Assembly: GCA_048882045.1 (NCBI GenBank)
Contig: JBHLRZ010000009.1
Span: 1 to 64,000 of the forward strand
Source of the DNA: Candidatus Thorarchaeota archaeon
Lineage (GTDB): Archaea > Asgardarchaeota > Thorarchaeia > Thorarchaeales > Thorarchaeaceae
Length of the DNA: 64,000 nucleotides
Reading direction: 5' to 3'
Of this stretch, positions 47,619 through 58,485 are shown piece after piece. Within the stretch, counting starts at the first letter, position 1. Every line of letters starts with the position of its first letter. The notes under the pieces are model-generated. The model had not been told where the DNA came from and searched no databases. It worked only from the letters and a program-made list of their open reading frames with translations. The position numbers were made by a program, and so were the translations under genes.

Positions 47619-48920
47619 ATGTCAGAAAGAATTGAGTTCCTTGAACTGAGGTTTCCTGACTTACTTGGTAGAATGAAGTCAATGATTGTTCCGATAGAGC
47701 CGGTAGAAACCCTTGCTGAAGTTGCAAAAGATGTAGCTCTCAAGAGAGGTACTAGTTGTGACGGAAGTTCTGTTACCGGTTTGGCCAATGTTCAAGCATC
47801 TGATCTGAGGCTTGACCCGGACCCAGAGTCATTGATTGAACTTCCATTCGTAGCACACCGTACAGCTGCTGCAATGTGTTTTGTCAGAAAGAAAGCTTCC
47901 AAAGGGAAGGAGTTCTATCCTCTAGACACTAGAGGTCTCCTGCACAAGACCATTGAAGAACTACTTCCCGGAAAGATGCAGCTCAAGGTCAAGGTTGAAC
48001 CTGAATTCCATCTCATCACATCAGATGGTGAGCCATTTGACGAAGCGGGATATGCTGACACATATCCAAAAAGCCCTGGGATGGATATTCTTCTAGACAT
48101 TTCATCGGCATTACGCACCTTGGGTATTAAACCACGAGTGATACACCATGAAGTAGGAGAGGCACAACAAGAGGTTGAATTGGAATATGCGGATGCATTG
48201 AAGATGGCTGACAACATCCTAATCTTCAAGAACCTCGCAAGATCAATTTCTCAGAATCAGGAAGTAGATGTAACCTTCATGCCAAAACCGTTTGAGAATC
48301 AAGCTGGAAATGGCCTTCACTGTCACCTTCAACTCTGGGATGGAAACAAGAACCTGTTTGGAGTAGAGGATACTTCTGAACTCTCTGACACAGCAAAGAT
48401 GTTTGTAGCAGGCTTGATTGAACATTCTCCAGCAATTACTGCCTTTGCAAATCCGACAATCAATTCATACAAGCGCTTGGTTCCACACCATGAAGCACCT
48501 GTGTACATCACCTGGGGTATAATGAACAGAACAGCTTTGATTAGAGTGCCAATGTTTAATTCAGGTGAAAGCGCTGCAATTGAGTTTCGGTCACCTGATC
48601 CCATGGCCAATCCCTATCTTCTCTTTACCGCCATTATCGCTGCAGGTATGGATGGTATCAAACGAGAGCTAACACCTCCAGAACCTCGTAGTGAGGATAT
48701 CTTCCACATGACTGATGAGGAGAGGAATAAGATTGGAATTCGAATTCTCCCAACTGCACTTGATGAAGCTCTTGAATCTCTTGTGAATGATGAAGTAATC
48801 AGTAGGGTGGTAGGTCCGGAATTAATGAGTTCCTACATCAGTTTGAAAAAGGAAGAGTGGCGCATCTACACAAGTCAGATAGTCACTGATTGGGAATGGG
48901 AGATGTACGAGTATCACTAG
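47619..48920 (+). CDS. glnA: Glutamine synthetase family protein
   Basis: DGSS, EPEF, HHEV...QQE, TFMPKP, GNGLHCH, NSYKRL, NRTALIRVP, EFRSPDP. Confidence 0.9.
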   Translation: MSERIEFLELRFPDLLGRMKSMIVPIEPVETLAEVAKDVALKRGTSCDGSSVTGLANVQASDLRLDPDPESLIELPFVAHRTAAAMCFVRKKASKGKEFYPLDTRGLLHKTIEELLPGKMQLKVKVEPEFHLITSDGEPFDEAGYADTYPKSPGMDILLDISSALRTLGIKPRVIHHEVGEAQQEVELEYADALKMADNILIFKNLARSISQNQEVDVTFMPKPFENQAGNGLHCHLQLWDGNKNLFGVEDTSELSDTAKMFVAGLIEHSPAITAFANPTINSYKRLVPHHEAPVYITWGIMNRTALIRVPMFNSGESAAIEFRSPDPMANPYLLFTAIIAAGMDGIKRELTPPEPRSEDIFHMTDEERNKIGIRILPTALDEALESLVNDEVISRVVGPELMSSYISLKKEEWRIYTSQIVTDWEWEMYEYH

Positions 48921-50074
48921 GCATGGTTGAAAAATCTTGATAATCTGTCGAACGCTTCATCCACCGCTTCAGGAGTCAATGGACCTATCGAGATTCTGAC
49001 ATGACCTTCGCCAGAACTACCAAAGATTACTCCTGGCAGAAGTAGCGTTCCTGTTGACTGCAATATATCCATCACAAGTTTTCTTGAATCGGAAAACCCC
49101 TTCACTCGTGGGAACATGTAGAAAGTTCCCTTTGTATGAATTGGTTCAAACACATCTATTTCTCGCATCCTTAGGTAGGCTAAGTTTCTAAGAAGGTTAA
49201 GTCGTCCAAGCTCCTTGTCCACTTCGTCGAGACCCTCCTTGAGGATTTCAAGGGCAAGTAGTTGTCCGGCTGTAGGTGCACAAATTGAAACGGTATCTTG
49301 GACCTTGAGGAATTCATTGGTGAAATTAGGAGACCCAATTATGAAGCCGACTCGCCATCCACTCATACCGAAGTCCTTGGAGAAGCTTCCGAGTGTCAGA
49401 ACATGTTCACCTGCATCTCGTCGCGATCGTGGACTGTAGTGCTCTGCTCCCTCGAAGACCATTCGTGAGTATGTTTCATCTGAGATGAGAAAGATATCAT
49501 GCTGTAAACACAGGTCTACGATATCATCAATGACCTTCCTACCATAGACTGCACCTGTGGGATTGTTGGGAGATATCAAGGAGATGGCTCGAGTCCTGTC
49601 ATTGATTGCAGACGCAATGTTGTCGACCTGTGGTTGAAAATCAGAATCAACGGGGACTTCAATTGCCTCTCCGCTAGCCAACTTGATGGCCATTATATTG
49701 TTGAAGTAGTAGGGACTTGGAACGATTACGTTCTCACCTGGTTCTATTAGAGTGAGAATGGCTCCAGTATAAGCATTGTTAGCACCTGCGGTGATCACGA
49801 CTTCATTCTGTGGATTCACATCAATTCCAGACTTCTGTCGAAGATAGAGCGCGAGTTCTTCACGCAGCTCCAATAGACCTTCATCTGGAGTGTAGAGATG
49901 AGTAGCGGGATGAAACATTCTATCTCGCAACGAAGATAGAGCCGCTTCAGGGGGAATATGTCCTGGCAGTCCCTGTCCCAAGTTCAAGAAATCAGGCGAT
50001 GAAATGAACTTCTTAGCCGCCTCTGTAAGCTTGACGATGGGGGGTGACTGTATATCATCAGTCCTGTACTTCAT
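48917..50074 (-). CDS. PLP-dependent class I/II aminotransferase
   Basis: SPNNPTG, SDETY, SFSKDFGMSGWRVG. Confidence 0.95.
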   Translation of the reverse strand: MKYRTDDIQSPPIVKLTEAAKKFISSPDFLNLGQGLPGHIPPEAALSSLRDRMFHPATHLYTPDEGLLELREELALYLRQKSGIDVNPQNEVVITAGANNAYTGAILTLIEPGENVIVPSPYYFNNIMAIKLASGEAIEVPVDSDFQPQVDNIASAINDRTRAISLISPNNPTGAVYGRKVIDDIVDLCLQHDIFLISDETYSRMVFEGAEHYSPRSRRDAGEHVLTLGSFSKDFGMSGWRVGFIIGSPNFTNEFLKVQDTVSICAPTAGQLLALEILKEGLDEVDKELGRLNLLRNLAYLRMREIDVFEPIHTKGTFYMFPRVKGFSDSRKLVMDILQSTGTLLLPGVIFGSSGEGHVRISIGPLTPEAVDEAFDRLSRFFNHA

Positions 50075-50185
50075 GCACTACACCAAGGTCCACGCTACTA
50101 TCACTTCATACTGCTATGATATAACATTACCTTAAATCTGAGAGATTCAGTAATCATTATATCCTGTGCAGGAAGGCGCTAGCTT

Positions 50186-51589
50186 GTGCCAAGAATGGAT
50201 AAAGTCGCTGAAGGAAGAAAGAGAGTTCAGAGGGTTGCTCTAATATCCGTTATAGCAGCAGCTTCACTTACAGTGATGAAGTTCATCATTGGCATTCTTA
50301 CAAACTCTATTGGTATCATCTCTGAAGCACTTCACAGTGGACTTGATTTTGTGGCGGCAGGAATAACTCTTGTAGCAGTGAGAAGAGCTTCAAAAGCACC
50401 TGACTCAGATCATCAATATGGACATGGAAAAATCGAAAACTTTGCGGCACTATCTGAAACGATAATTCTTTGGATTACGTCTATATGGATTATTTATGAG
50501 TCTTGGCGGAGAATCGAGCTTCAGGAGTGGCCGGAAGCCTCCATTTGGGGAATCTTTGTAATGTTCGTTGGAGTCATTGTTACCTACCAGCAGAGTCGGA
50601 TCCTCTACAAGACTGCTGACGAACATGGTAGTCAGGCACTCGAAGCGGACGCACTTCATTTTCGGACAGATATGATAAGCTCGAGTGTTGTTCTATTGGG
50701 TCTTGCATTTGTCTGGATTGATGTACCAATTGCTGATCCTCTAGCAGCCATTGGCGTGGCGATAATCATCTTTGTAGTTTCCTACCGCCTCGGGAGAAGG
50801 ACTTTCGATGCACTTACTGATGCAGCTCCTGAAGGAATGAAGGAAGAGATTATTCGTAGAGTTGAGGGAGTAAGTGGAGTTGTTGAGTGCACTAGAGCCC
50901 GTGTTAGACACTCCGGACCAGAACTCTTTGTCGATGTTGTGGTTTCTGTGGATGAAACTGTCAGAGTAACTGAAGCTCACGGTGTTACTGATCTGATTGA
51001 GAGAGCTCTTGTAGACTTGGCAAGTAGAGTTGATGTTGTCATTCATGTCGAACCCGCAGAGGGAGATGAATCTAAATTCTTGAAAATGGACATCTATAAT
51101 CAAATGCAAGTTATTGCGCGAAGACTACCAGATGTGCACAGTGTTCATAATCTTCGTGTATTCTCAACTCATGATGGGATGGAAATAGCTGCTGACCTCG
51201 AGATGTCTACAGATTTAACTCTTGAAGAAGCGCATTTGGTTTCAGAACAATTTGAGCAGAGTCTCAAGAAGATTGTCCCACAAGTTAAAACTGTCACCTT
51301 GCATCTCGAAACAACAATCAAGGAGAGTCCCGCGATGGATATCACTCATGAATCATCTCATATCGTTGAATCGGTTGAAAACATCATAGGAAGTATGTTT
51401 CACTCCACAACATGCAGAAACGTAGTCGTTCAAAAAGAAAAGGAAGACGTTGCGGTTCTTATTACTTGTACGATTCCTGGGGAAATGACACTCACTGAGA
51501 GTCACGAAATAGCAGAATCCTTGAAGAAGAGTATCCTCGAAACTGTTTCAGAAATCAACTCGGTTTTCATCCATTTTGAGCCAATTTGA
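50186..51589 (+). CDS. Cation diffusion facilitator with three ZT_dimer-like domains
   Basis: EALHSGLD, HQYGHGKIE, ADALHFRTD; three EAH/ESH...(I/L)H(V/L/F)E repeats. Confidence 0.92.
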   Translation: MPRMDKVAEGRKRVQRVALISVIAAASLTVMKFIIGILTNSIGIISEALHSGLDFVAAGITLVAVRRASKAPDSDHQYGHGKIENFAALSETIILWITSIWIIYESWRRIELQEWPEASIWGIFVMFVGVIVTYQQSRILYKTADEHGSQALEADALHFRTDMISSSVVLLGLAFVWIDVPIADPLAAIGVAIIIFVVSYRLGRRTFDALTDAAPEGMKEEIIRRVEGVSGVVECTRARVRHSGPELFVDVVVSVDETVRVTEAHGVTDLIERALVDLASRVDVVIHVEPAEGDESKFLKMDIYNQMQVIARRLPDVHSVHNLRVFSTHDGMEIAADLEMSTDLTLEEAHLVSEQFEQSLKKIVPQVKTVTLHLETTIKESPAMDITHESSHIVESVENIIGSMFHSTTCRNVVVQKEKEDVAVLITCTIPGEMTLTESHEIAESLKKSILETVSEINSVFIHFEPI

Positions 51590-51641
51590 TTGACCACACC
51601 CTTAATATTCATCAAGGTGCGATTCGAAATAGAGGTTCCGG

Positions 51642-52424
51642 ATGATGGATGAAGATTGTGCGGTTAAGATTCTTGGAGCACCTGAAGCTCAGGTTGTTCA
51701 GACGAAAGATGTAGATATGAAGCAACCACTTCTAGTCTGTTGCTTCCCATCCGCTGGAGTTGTTGGTACAATAGCAGCCCAAGAGATGATTCAACAGTTT
51801 AAGATGGAAGAAGTAGCTCACGTCAGGTCACGTTACATGCCCTCAGCTGCAGTATTTCAGGATGGGAAACTTCGTCATCCATTTCGAATCTATGGGCACC
51901 AGGACAAGAACCTGCTCGTTGTAACTGCAGAACTTCCTGTTGCTGAAGATGGCCTCTATATGGTGAGCTCAGCTCTACTAGATTGGGGAGCGACAGTAGG
52001 TGTTAAGGAAACTGTCATCCTTGATGGGATTCCAGTCCAAGGACTTCCCTCAGACAGGAAGGTCCTATACGCTGCGGAAGAGGAGAAACTTGGTGAGCTT
52101 GAAGAAGACGATACGATGGAGATTCTTACAAAAGGAATCATCACGGGAATAGCTGGTTCCATACTTTCTGAAACTCTCTGTAGAGAAATGGTTGGGTTTG
52201 CCCTCCTGACACCGGCGATAGCTATGGTTCCAGATCCAGAAGGTGCAGTTCAACTACTGGAAGCTCTAAACAGGCTCTATAAGACAGATGTAGATGTCAC
52301 AGCCTTGAAAGAGAGTGCCACAGAGATTCGTAAGAAGATGGAAGAAATGGCACAGCAAGTAGAAGGAATGCGTAGACAGCAACCTGGAGCAGGACGACCA
52401 GGATACGAACGGATGTATGCTTAG
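51642..52424 (+). CDS. PAC2-family proteasome assembly chaperone / activator
   Basis: FPSAGVVGTIAA, PFRIY, PDPEGA; C-terminal MYA (HbYX). Confidence 0.9.
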   Translation: MMDEDCAVKILGAPEAQVVQTKDVDMKQPLLVCCFPSAGVVGTIAAQEMIQQFKMEEVAHVRSRYMPSAAVFQDGKLRHPFRIYGHQDKNLLVVTAELPVAEDGLYMVSSALLDWGATVGVKETVILDGIPVQGLPSDRKVLYAAEEEKLGELEEDDTMEILTKGIITGIAGSILSETLCREMVGFALLTPAIAMVPDPEGAVQLLEALNRLYKTDVDVTALKESATEIRKKMEEMAQQVEGMRRQQPGAGRPGYERMYA

Positions 52425-52972
52425 TCTGTGCAGGTATCGTATGCTTCCCTTGCACCTTGAGCATTACGCTCACCAACTTTACCGGCCCAATTTTCGCAGA
52501 TGACTTTCTGTACTGTTTCCAGCTTCACCAAACCGGTTGCCTTTGCAATAGCTCCAAGCATTGTTGTATTTATGACCGGAAGTCCTCCAACCAGTAGTCC
52601 GTTCTTGAGTGCAATTCCTGTCCCATCATAAGTGTAGATGTGTCCTTGTGGAAGACTGATCTCACCAGGAGTCTTGGGTGTGTTAATGATCACCTTCCCG
52701 TTATCCACTAAGCCTTCGGTGACATCAATAAGGTCGAGAATTGTCGAATCGAGAACTGCCACCACATCAGGAGTGTACACCTGACTCCTCACATTGATCA
52801 CCTCGTTGTCTATCCGGGTGAATGCCTTCACGGGGGCTCCACGACGCTCAGCCCCAAAGTATGGGAATGCTTGTACTCCCTTGTATCCGTCAATGTAAGC
52901 AGCCTTTGCGAGGAGTTCAGCAGAAGTAACACCACCCTGTCCGCCTCGTCCGTGCCATCTGATTTCGATCAA
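52421..52972 (-). CDS. porG: 2-oxoacid:ferredoxin oxidoreductase gamma subunit
   Basis: EIRWHGRGGQGGVT, FPYFGAERRGAPV, NTTMLGA; likely TTG start 52972. Confidence 0.92.
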   Translation of the reverse strand: MIEIRWHGRGGQGGVTSAELLAKAAYIDGYKGVQAFPYFGAERRGAPVKAFTRIDNEVINVRSQVYTPDVVAVLDSTILDLIDVTEGLVDNGKVIINTPKTPGEISLPQGHIYTYDGTGIALKNGLLVGGLPVINTTMLGAIAKATGLVKLETVQKVICENWAGKVGERNAQGAREAYDTCTD

Positions 52973-53105
52973 TGTGATAGACTCCTGGGACCAGTCCTGT
53001 GACAAGCCTTGCGCGGCAACGGCCAAACATAACCTTTACGTTTGTACTACCAAGCTGAGTAAATCTTATCATCTTGCGAATCAAGCCAATAGCTAAGGAT
53101 GAGTT

Positions 53106-53846
53106 ATGACCCAAGATAGAGAGGAGCAGATGATATTACAACCCCTGCAGGAGTTTATCAACATCATCACCTTAGGAAAGCCATGGATTTATGAGGCGAA
53201 TGATGAAGAAGTGCTCAAGAGATTGGATGCACTGGCTGAATATTTGGGGAAGGGAGCAGATAAGAAACTGTTAAAGAAACTGAGAAAAATTTTGGAATCA
53301 GGAAAGATTGAGGACAAAAGGAAATTCGTCATCTCATCTATCCCTTCTGATACTCAAAAGGCAGAAACCATCAAGAACGCCTTTAAACAAGCCACGGACT
53401 TGCAAGTCCATATGGCTTTCTATTTTTATGCAGTGACAAAGCTTGAAAAACCAAAACTCAAAGAACGTCGAGAACGTCTAAGACATAAGACAGAATCCTA
53501 TCAAGAGCCAATCTTAATTCGAAAAGGGACGGATCATCCAGTTCTGAAGCAATGGGAGAAGGAGAATGCAATAAAAGCACAAGCATTCCATTCAAGTATC
53601 AGTGAATTCGCAGAAGCTCTTGAGAAATATCCAGATAATATACATCTCTGGGCGAACTTGGCATCATACCTAGCTGGACCTGTGGGAAAAGACTACTTGG
53701 CGAAAGCAGCACAATCGGTAGTCAATAAGGATATAGAATGTCATGTTCGAACAAAACGAGAATTAGCAAAACTACTAATCGACAGTGGAGCTCCTAGAGC
53801 AGCAGAAGTAGTGTTGGATGGAGCAGCATTGGACCCGTTTGCCTAG
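53106..53846 (+). CDS. Hypothetical helical protein (TPR-like segment)
   Basis: ALEKYPDNIHLWANLASYL. Confidence 0.65.
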   Translation: MTQDREEQMILQPLQEFINIITLGKPWIYEANDEEVLKRLDALAEYLGKGADKKLLKKLRKILESGKIEDKRKFVISSIPSDTQKAETIKNAFKQATDLQVHMAFYFYAVTKLEKPKLKERRERLRHKTESYQEPILIRKGTDHPVLKQWEKENAIKAQAFHSSISEFAEALEKYPDNIHLWANLASYLAGPVGKDYLAKAAQSVVNKDIECHVRTKRELAKLLIDSGAPRAAEVVLDGAALDPFA

Positions 53847-53881
53847 CAGAAACTTTACGTAAGGGATCCACTAAAAATCAT

Positions 53882-54700
53882 GTGAGTAAAATGGATGAGT
53901 TTCTGAAAGCGAATAGAAAACTGTGGGATAAACTAGCATCAATTCACCACAAATCTGAGTTTTATGATGTAGAAGGCTTTCTAAAAGGGAAACAGACTCT
54001 TGATCCTATTGAGATTGAAGAACTTCCTGAGCTTACAGGAAAAAGACTGCTCCATCTGCAATGTCATTTTGGGATGGACACCCTATCACTTGCAAGATTG
54101 GGAGCTGAGGTCACTGGTGTGGATTTCTCTTCAGAAGCAATTGAGTTGGCAAAGTCACTGAGTGAAACAGCTAGGATTGATGCCAATTTTGTCTGTGCCA
54201 ACGTCTATGCTGTTCCGGAGATTTTGAATGAAAAATTCGACATTGTCTTCACCTCAGGAGGTGTATTGACGTGGCTTCCAGACCTCGAAAAATGGGCCAA
54301 TGTGATCTCGTCGTGTTTGAAACAAGGGGGTCTGTTCTACATCCGAGAGTTTCATCCGTTTGCGTACGTCTTTGATGATGAGGATGATGTTACAGAGCTC
54401 CGAGTGAGGTATCCATATTTCCAGGGTAGTGAACCTTTGATGTTCGAAGATGATGGAACCTATGCCAGTGATGAAAAGGTGGGAATGATGAAGACCTATG
54501 AATGGAATCATTCGATCTCAGTCATCCTGAACTCATTAATCAACAATGGACTTCGGATAGACCACTTCAACGAGTTTGCAGTAACAGGGTACAAGGCTTT
54601 ACCGTTCATGATTGAGAAAGAGAAAGGCAGGTGGGTCTTGCCCGGAAATGAAAACAAGATTCCACTGATGTTTTCAATAAAGGCAACCAAAATGGAATAG
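53882..54700 (+). CDS. Class I SAM-dependent methyltransferase
   Basis: LHLQCHFGMD, GVDFS, FDIVFTS, WLPDL. Confidence 0.92.
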   Translation: MSKMDEFLKANRKLWDKLASIHHKSEFYDVEGFLKGKQTLDPIEIEELPELTGKRLLHLQCHFGMDTLSLARLGAEVTGVDFSSEAIELAKSLSETARIDANFVCANVYAVPEILNEKFDIVFTSGGVLTWLPDLEKWANVISSCLKQGGLFYIREFHPFAYVFDDEDDVTELRVRYPYFQGSEPLMFEDDGTYASDEKVGMMKTYEWNHSISVILNSLINNGLRIDHFNEFAVTGYKALPFMIEKEKGRWVLPGNENKIPLMFSIKATKME

Positions 54701-54701
54701 A

Positions 54702-56111
54702 TTATTGGTCCTCGTGTATTGCTTTCACTGCACCATCTGCTGACTGTGCTGCCTGTTGTAGTCCCACACCAGACCCTCCAGTGTCAGTTCCAACTATGTA
54801 AAGACCTTTGATGGGAGTTCTGGGACCTGGTCGATCTAGGTCAGTTTGGCCGGGAATGAGTGCTGCACGAGTTGCATAGGACATCTGAACATGTTCCATC
54901 TCAACATGGTCAAATAGTCCAGGATGATACTTCTCCAGACCATTACTCTTCATAATATCGACCATCTCTTCCTTACTTCTGCCTGAAATGGCCATCATCG
55001 CAATGGCTACAAGCTCCTTGCCCTCTGGAGCACAAGACGGATCAAAGCTCGATATCGAAACAATCCACCTATTGGGATTGGGATGGACAATGACTCGGTT
55101 CTTTCGGTCGCCTATGACTGGCTTGCTGAGCCCCAACCATAGTGTGATGCCTTGTGTGGGTCTCATGTTGCTCCATCTCTTGAAAAACTGTAATGTTTCA
55201 GAATTTTCAGATTGGATTATGTTTGGCATAGCCCAGAGTGGGATGTTACTCACTATTCTGGAGTGTGGCAGTGTCATGCCATTGACAGTGCAACCTGAAA
55301 CCGTACCGTTGTTGTCGTGTATTTGTTCCACTGTTGCATTTAGAACATAGTCCCCGTTGATAGTTTCAATAACACGTTTGATGAGTAAATCCATGCCTCC
55401 AATGACATAGCCTTCATCATAATCGCTTGAACCGAGAAGCAGTCTCTTTACAGAGCCTAGTTTGGAGGACTCTCGGTCTGTGTCCTTGAGGGTTCTGAGT
55501 GATTCGTACGCTGAAGCCTCGGAAATAGGCACGCCAGCTGCCATGTAGATGGCGCTTTGCATGACATCGAGGATGACTTGGTTTGTAGCACCTCGTGACT
55601 TCATGAAATCCAGAAATGAGATGTCTTTGTACTTTTTCATCTCCTCGAGCTTCATTGTCTTGATCTTAGCTCCAATCCTGACAAGACTCAATCGACCTCG
55701 CCAACCTGTGAGGGGCCACCGGAGGGTTTCGCCCACACTTGAAGGGATTGTACCAACTTTATCATAGACACGAAACTCCCAGCCTTCATGAAGGACGAAT
55801 TCAGGAGGTGGTGAAAGGTAAGTCTTCAGAAACCTGACGAAAGCTCCCCGAGTAACTCGGGTGATGACATGAAGTCCCTGATCGACACGGAAGCCATCAA
55901 CCCAATAACTGTGCCAGACTCCACCAAGTCGGTCAGCCTTCTCTAGAATAACGACTTTTTTGCCCTCAGAGGTAAGGGCAAGTGCTGTCAGAAGACCACC
56001 TGCTCCTCCACCTGCTATGATGACATCGTATAGCGATGTATCAACCTGATCTAGAGATATCTGCTTCATACTGAGTTCGACTCTTAGACATTGGTACTTA
56101 AGGATGTTCAA
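54702..56111 (-). CDS. FAD-dependent oxidoreductase (phytoene desaturase / amine oxidase-like)
   Basis: IAGGGAGGL...EKADRLGG, VDQGLH, RTPIKGLYIVG; start probably at MKQISL. Confidence 0.88.
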   Translation of the reverse strand: MNILKYQCLRVELSMKQISLDQVDTSLYDVIIAGGGAGGLLTALALTSEGKKVVILEKADRLGGVWHSYWVDGFRVDQGLHVITRVTRGAFVRFLKTYLSPPPEFVLHEGWEFRVYDKVGTIPSSVGETLRWPLTGWRGRLSLVRIGAKIKTMKLEEMKKYKDISFLDFMKSRGATNQVILDVMQSAIYMAAGVPISEASAYESLRTLKDTDRESSKLGSVKRLLLGSSDYDEGYVIGGMDLLIKRVIETINGDYVLNATVEQIHDNNGTVSGCTVNGMTLPHSRIVSNIPLWAMPNIIQSENSETLQFFKRWSNMRPTQGITLWLGLSKPVIGDRKNRVIVHPNPNRWIVSISSFDPSCAPEGKELVAIAMMAISGRSKEEMVDIMKSNGLEKYHPGLFDHVEMEHVQMSYATRAALIPGQTDLDRPGPRTPIKGLYIVGTDTGGSGVGLQQAAQSADGAVKAIHEDQ

Positions 56112-56201
56112 AGCTTGGTTGCAGAAGGAAACATCATCACGGGAAGGGTTATGAGGAATGACAAGTCAAGAACTCCAAGCACTAAATGATGTGACCCAAG
56201 C

Positions 56202-58001
56202 TTGACATCGGATGACGATATACTGAAAGAGGCCAGGAGCGCGCTAGAAGATGGCAACAAAGAAGTAGGTGCAAAATTGCTCCTAGCTGCAGCAAGTCGA
56301 TTATCTGACAAGACAGAGTATGAACAAGCAGCAAAGGTGTACGAAGAAGCAGCAATCGTCTTCAGAGACCTCTATGAAGCTGATGAGGCTTTCAAAGCAT
56401 TTGATAATGTCACTCTAATGTTGATTAGACTACCCCAGACTCCAGAGATATATAGTGAGATTGTCAGAGTAAATTCTGCAGCAGCCAAGGTAGCTGAAGA
56501 GGCAACAGAGTACAAGAAGGCTGCAGACTTCTATTTCAGGGCTCAAGACTTTGCCACAGACGAGGAAAAGTCAGAGATCAATATCAAAGCAGCAGATGCT
56601 TTAGAGAACCTAGCGGATGTAAAGGAAGAAGAAGAAGACTATGGCGAAGCAATAAGCCTGCTTCGAAAAGTGAGCCGTCTGTATTATACAGGTGGCGATG
56701 ATGAACTGGGAGAACGTATCAATGATCGTGCGGTAAGACTCGCCCGAAGATGGGCAAATGCAGCAAGAGACAATGGTGACTATGCATCCGCAGGCAACGC
56801 ACTGGCAGAAGCGGCCCAGATACTTGACACAGGCGAGTCTACGGAAGCAGCACGAATCATGATGGAAGCGGGGGAACATTACGAAGCTGCTGAACTCTTC
56901 GAGAAAGCGGGAAACATCTATGACGCAGCTCAAGAGTCATACAAGCTTCAGAGGTTGACATCAGCCAGAAATCAAGCGATGTCAAAAGCGGCTGAAGCCT
57001 ATCTGAAAATGGAAGGAACTCCTGAAGCAGTAGCCCCCCTCCTAGTAAAAGGAGGAAACATGTTCCTTGAGATCGGGCGACCTATGAAGGCGAAGTGGGC
57101 ATTTAAGCGAGGGAATGAGCTATTTGGCGAACTTGCAGAGAAAGCCAAGGCACGGAATGACACTGAATCGGTAATGAAATACTACAGATTTCAGGCAATG
57201 TGTCTTGAGAAATGGGGAGAGCAAAAAGATGCAAGTAAGTTGTACCAGCAGGTCATTAATCATTATCTCAAGGAAGCAGTCAATGAGAAAGAATCAGGAA
57301 ACAAAGAACTCCAGGCAGTTGCCCTCGAAGAAGCCGCTGAAGTCCTCAGTGAATCTGGAAAGGACACAGAAGCAAAAGGGCACATTGAAACAGCCTTGGA
57401 ACTATATGTTGCACTAGCAGAGGAAACCTCCACAAGTGGAGACCCAGAAGGCGGATCCAAGCACTACAGTAAAGCTGCTGCATGTGCCATGAATCTTGGG
57501 GATAAGGGAAGACATGAGTCATTCCATCGCATGGCAAGCGAAAAGGCAGAGAAAGCAGCTGAGTACTATCAAGAGCTTGGAGTCCCTGAGCTTGCGACAA
57601 TCTGGATTCGTACAGCAGGTCTTGAAGCACTTCAAACCAATTCGGAAGATATGGTTGACAGAGCAATTGAACTTTTGACCAAGTCTGCAGATGGATTCAA
57701 AGAAGCCAATGAACTTAGAGAAGCCTTTGAAGACCTATTCACAGTGTTTGAAACCAGGTTTATGCATCTCCCTGACAAAAAGAAACCCATAAACACAACA
57801 ATCAAAATGATGGGAGAGATTGCCACCGAAACACAGGACGAGATCCTAGTCGCCATTGTATCTCTTGTGAGAGCACTCAATGCAGGAAACCACATTGGTG
57901 CACTCATGATTCTTCAAGAGAATGAAGAAGATCTCTTGCCAAAAGCAGAACGCATCAGAAAACTCATTGCCCAATCGAAAGTAGTCAGGAAAATCAAGTA
58001 G
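56202..58001 (+). CDS. Long alpha-SNAP/TPR-like solenoid protein
   Basis: Repeats such as YEQAAKVYEEAA, YKKAADFYFRA, FEKAGNIYDAA. Confidence 0.8.
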   Translation: MTSDDDILKEARSALEDGNKEVGAKLLLAAASRLSDKTEYEQAAKVYEEAAIVFRDLYEADEAFKAFDNVTLMLIRLPQTPEIYSEIVRVNSAAAKVAEEATEYKKAADFYFRAQDFATDEEKSEINIKAADALENLADVKEEEEDYGEAISLLRKVSRLYYTGGDDELGERINDRAVRLARRWANAARDNGDYASAGNALAEAAQILDTGESTEAARIMMEAGEHYEAAELFEKAGNIYDAAQESYKLQRLTSARNQAMSKAAEAYLKMEGTPEAVAPLLVKGGNMFLEIGRPMKAKWAFKRGNELFGELAEKAKARNDTESVMKYYRFQAMCLEKWGEQKDASKLYQQVINHYLKEAVNEKESGNKELQAVALEEAAEVLSESGKDTEAKGHIETALELYVALAEETSTSGDPEGGSKHYSKAAACAMNLGDKGRHESFHRMASEKAEKAAEYYQELGVPELATIWIRTAGLEALQTNSEDMVDRAIELLTKSADGFKEANELREAFEDLFTVFETRFMHLPDKKKPINTTIKMMGEIATETQDEILVAIVSLVRALNAGNHIGALMILQENEEDLLPKAERIRKLIAQSKVVRKIK

Positions 58002-58062
58002 TTCTGATTTCTTTCGGAAGACAGAAGAGTAATTCATCCTGACACTTCTATGCTGGTGATAA

Positions 58063-58485
58063 TTGATGACTACATATAGTGATACCATTTCTTTAGAAAC
58101 CAGAGGTGATTGTGATATGATTGATATCACATCAGAGGTTTCAGACTCTGTGAGTAAGAGTGGTTTGAACACTGGTATTTGTACTGTTTTCTGTACTGGC
58201 TCTACAGGTTCAGTCACAACAATAGAATACGAGGGAGGTCTGATCAAGGATTTCCCAGAAGCAATGGAGAGGATAGCCCCAACTGATGCCGTTTATGAAC
58301 ACCATCTAAGATGGGGAGATGGTAATGGACACTCGCATGTGAGAGCGTCAATTCTAGGGCCAAGTCTCACCGTGCCTTTTGCGGATGGTAGGTTGACTCT
58401 AGGGACTTGGCAACAGATGTGCTTCGTTGATTTTGATAATAAACCTAGAAGTAGAAGACTTGTTGTTGTTATCCTAGGCGAGTGA
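58063..58485 (+). CDS. yjbQ: YjbQ/UPF0047 family protein
   Basis: DITSEV, YEHH...DGNGHSHVRASILG, LGTWQQ. Confidence 0.93.
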   Translation: MMTTYSDTISLETRGDCDMIDITSEVSDSVSKSGLNTGICTVFCTGSTGSVTTIEYEGGLIKDFPEAMERIAPTDAVYEHHLRWGDGNGHSHVRASILGPSLTVPFADGRLTLGTWQQMCFVDFDNKPRSRRLVVVILGE

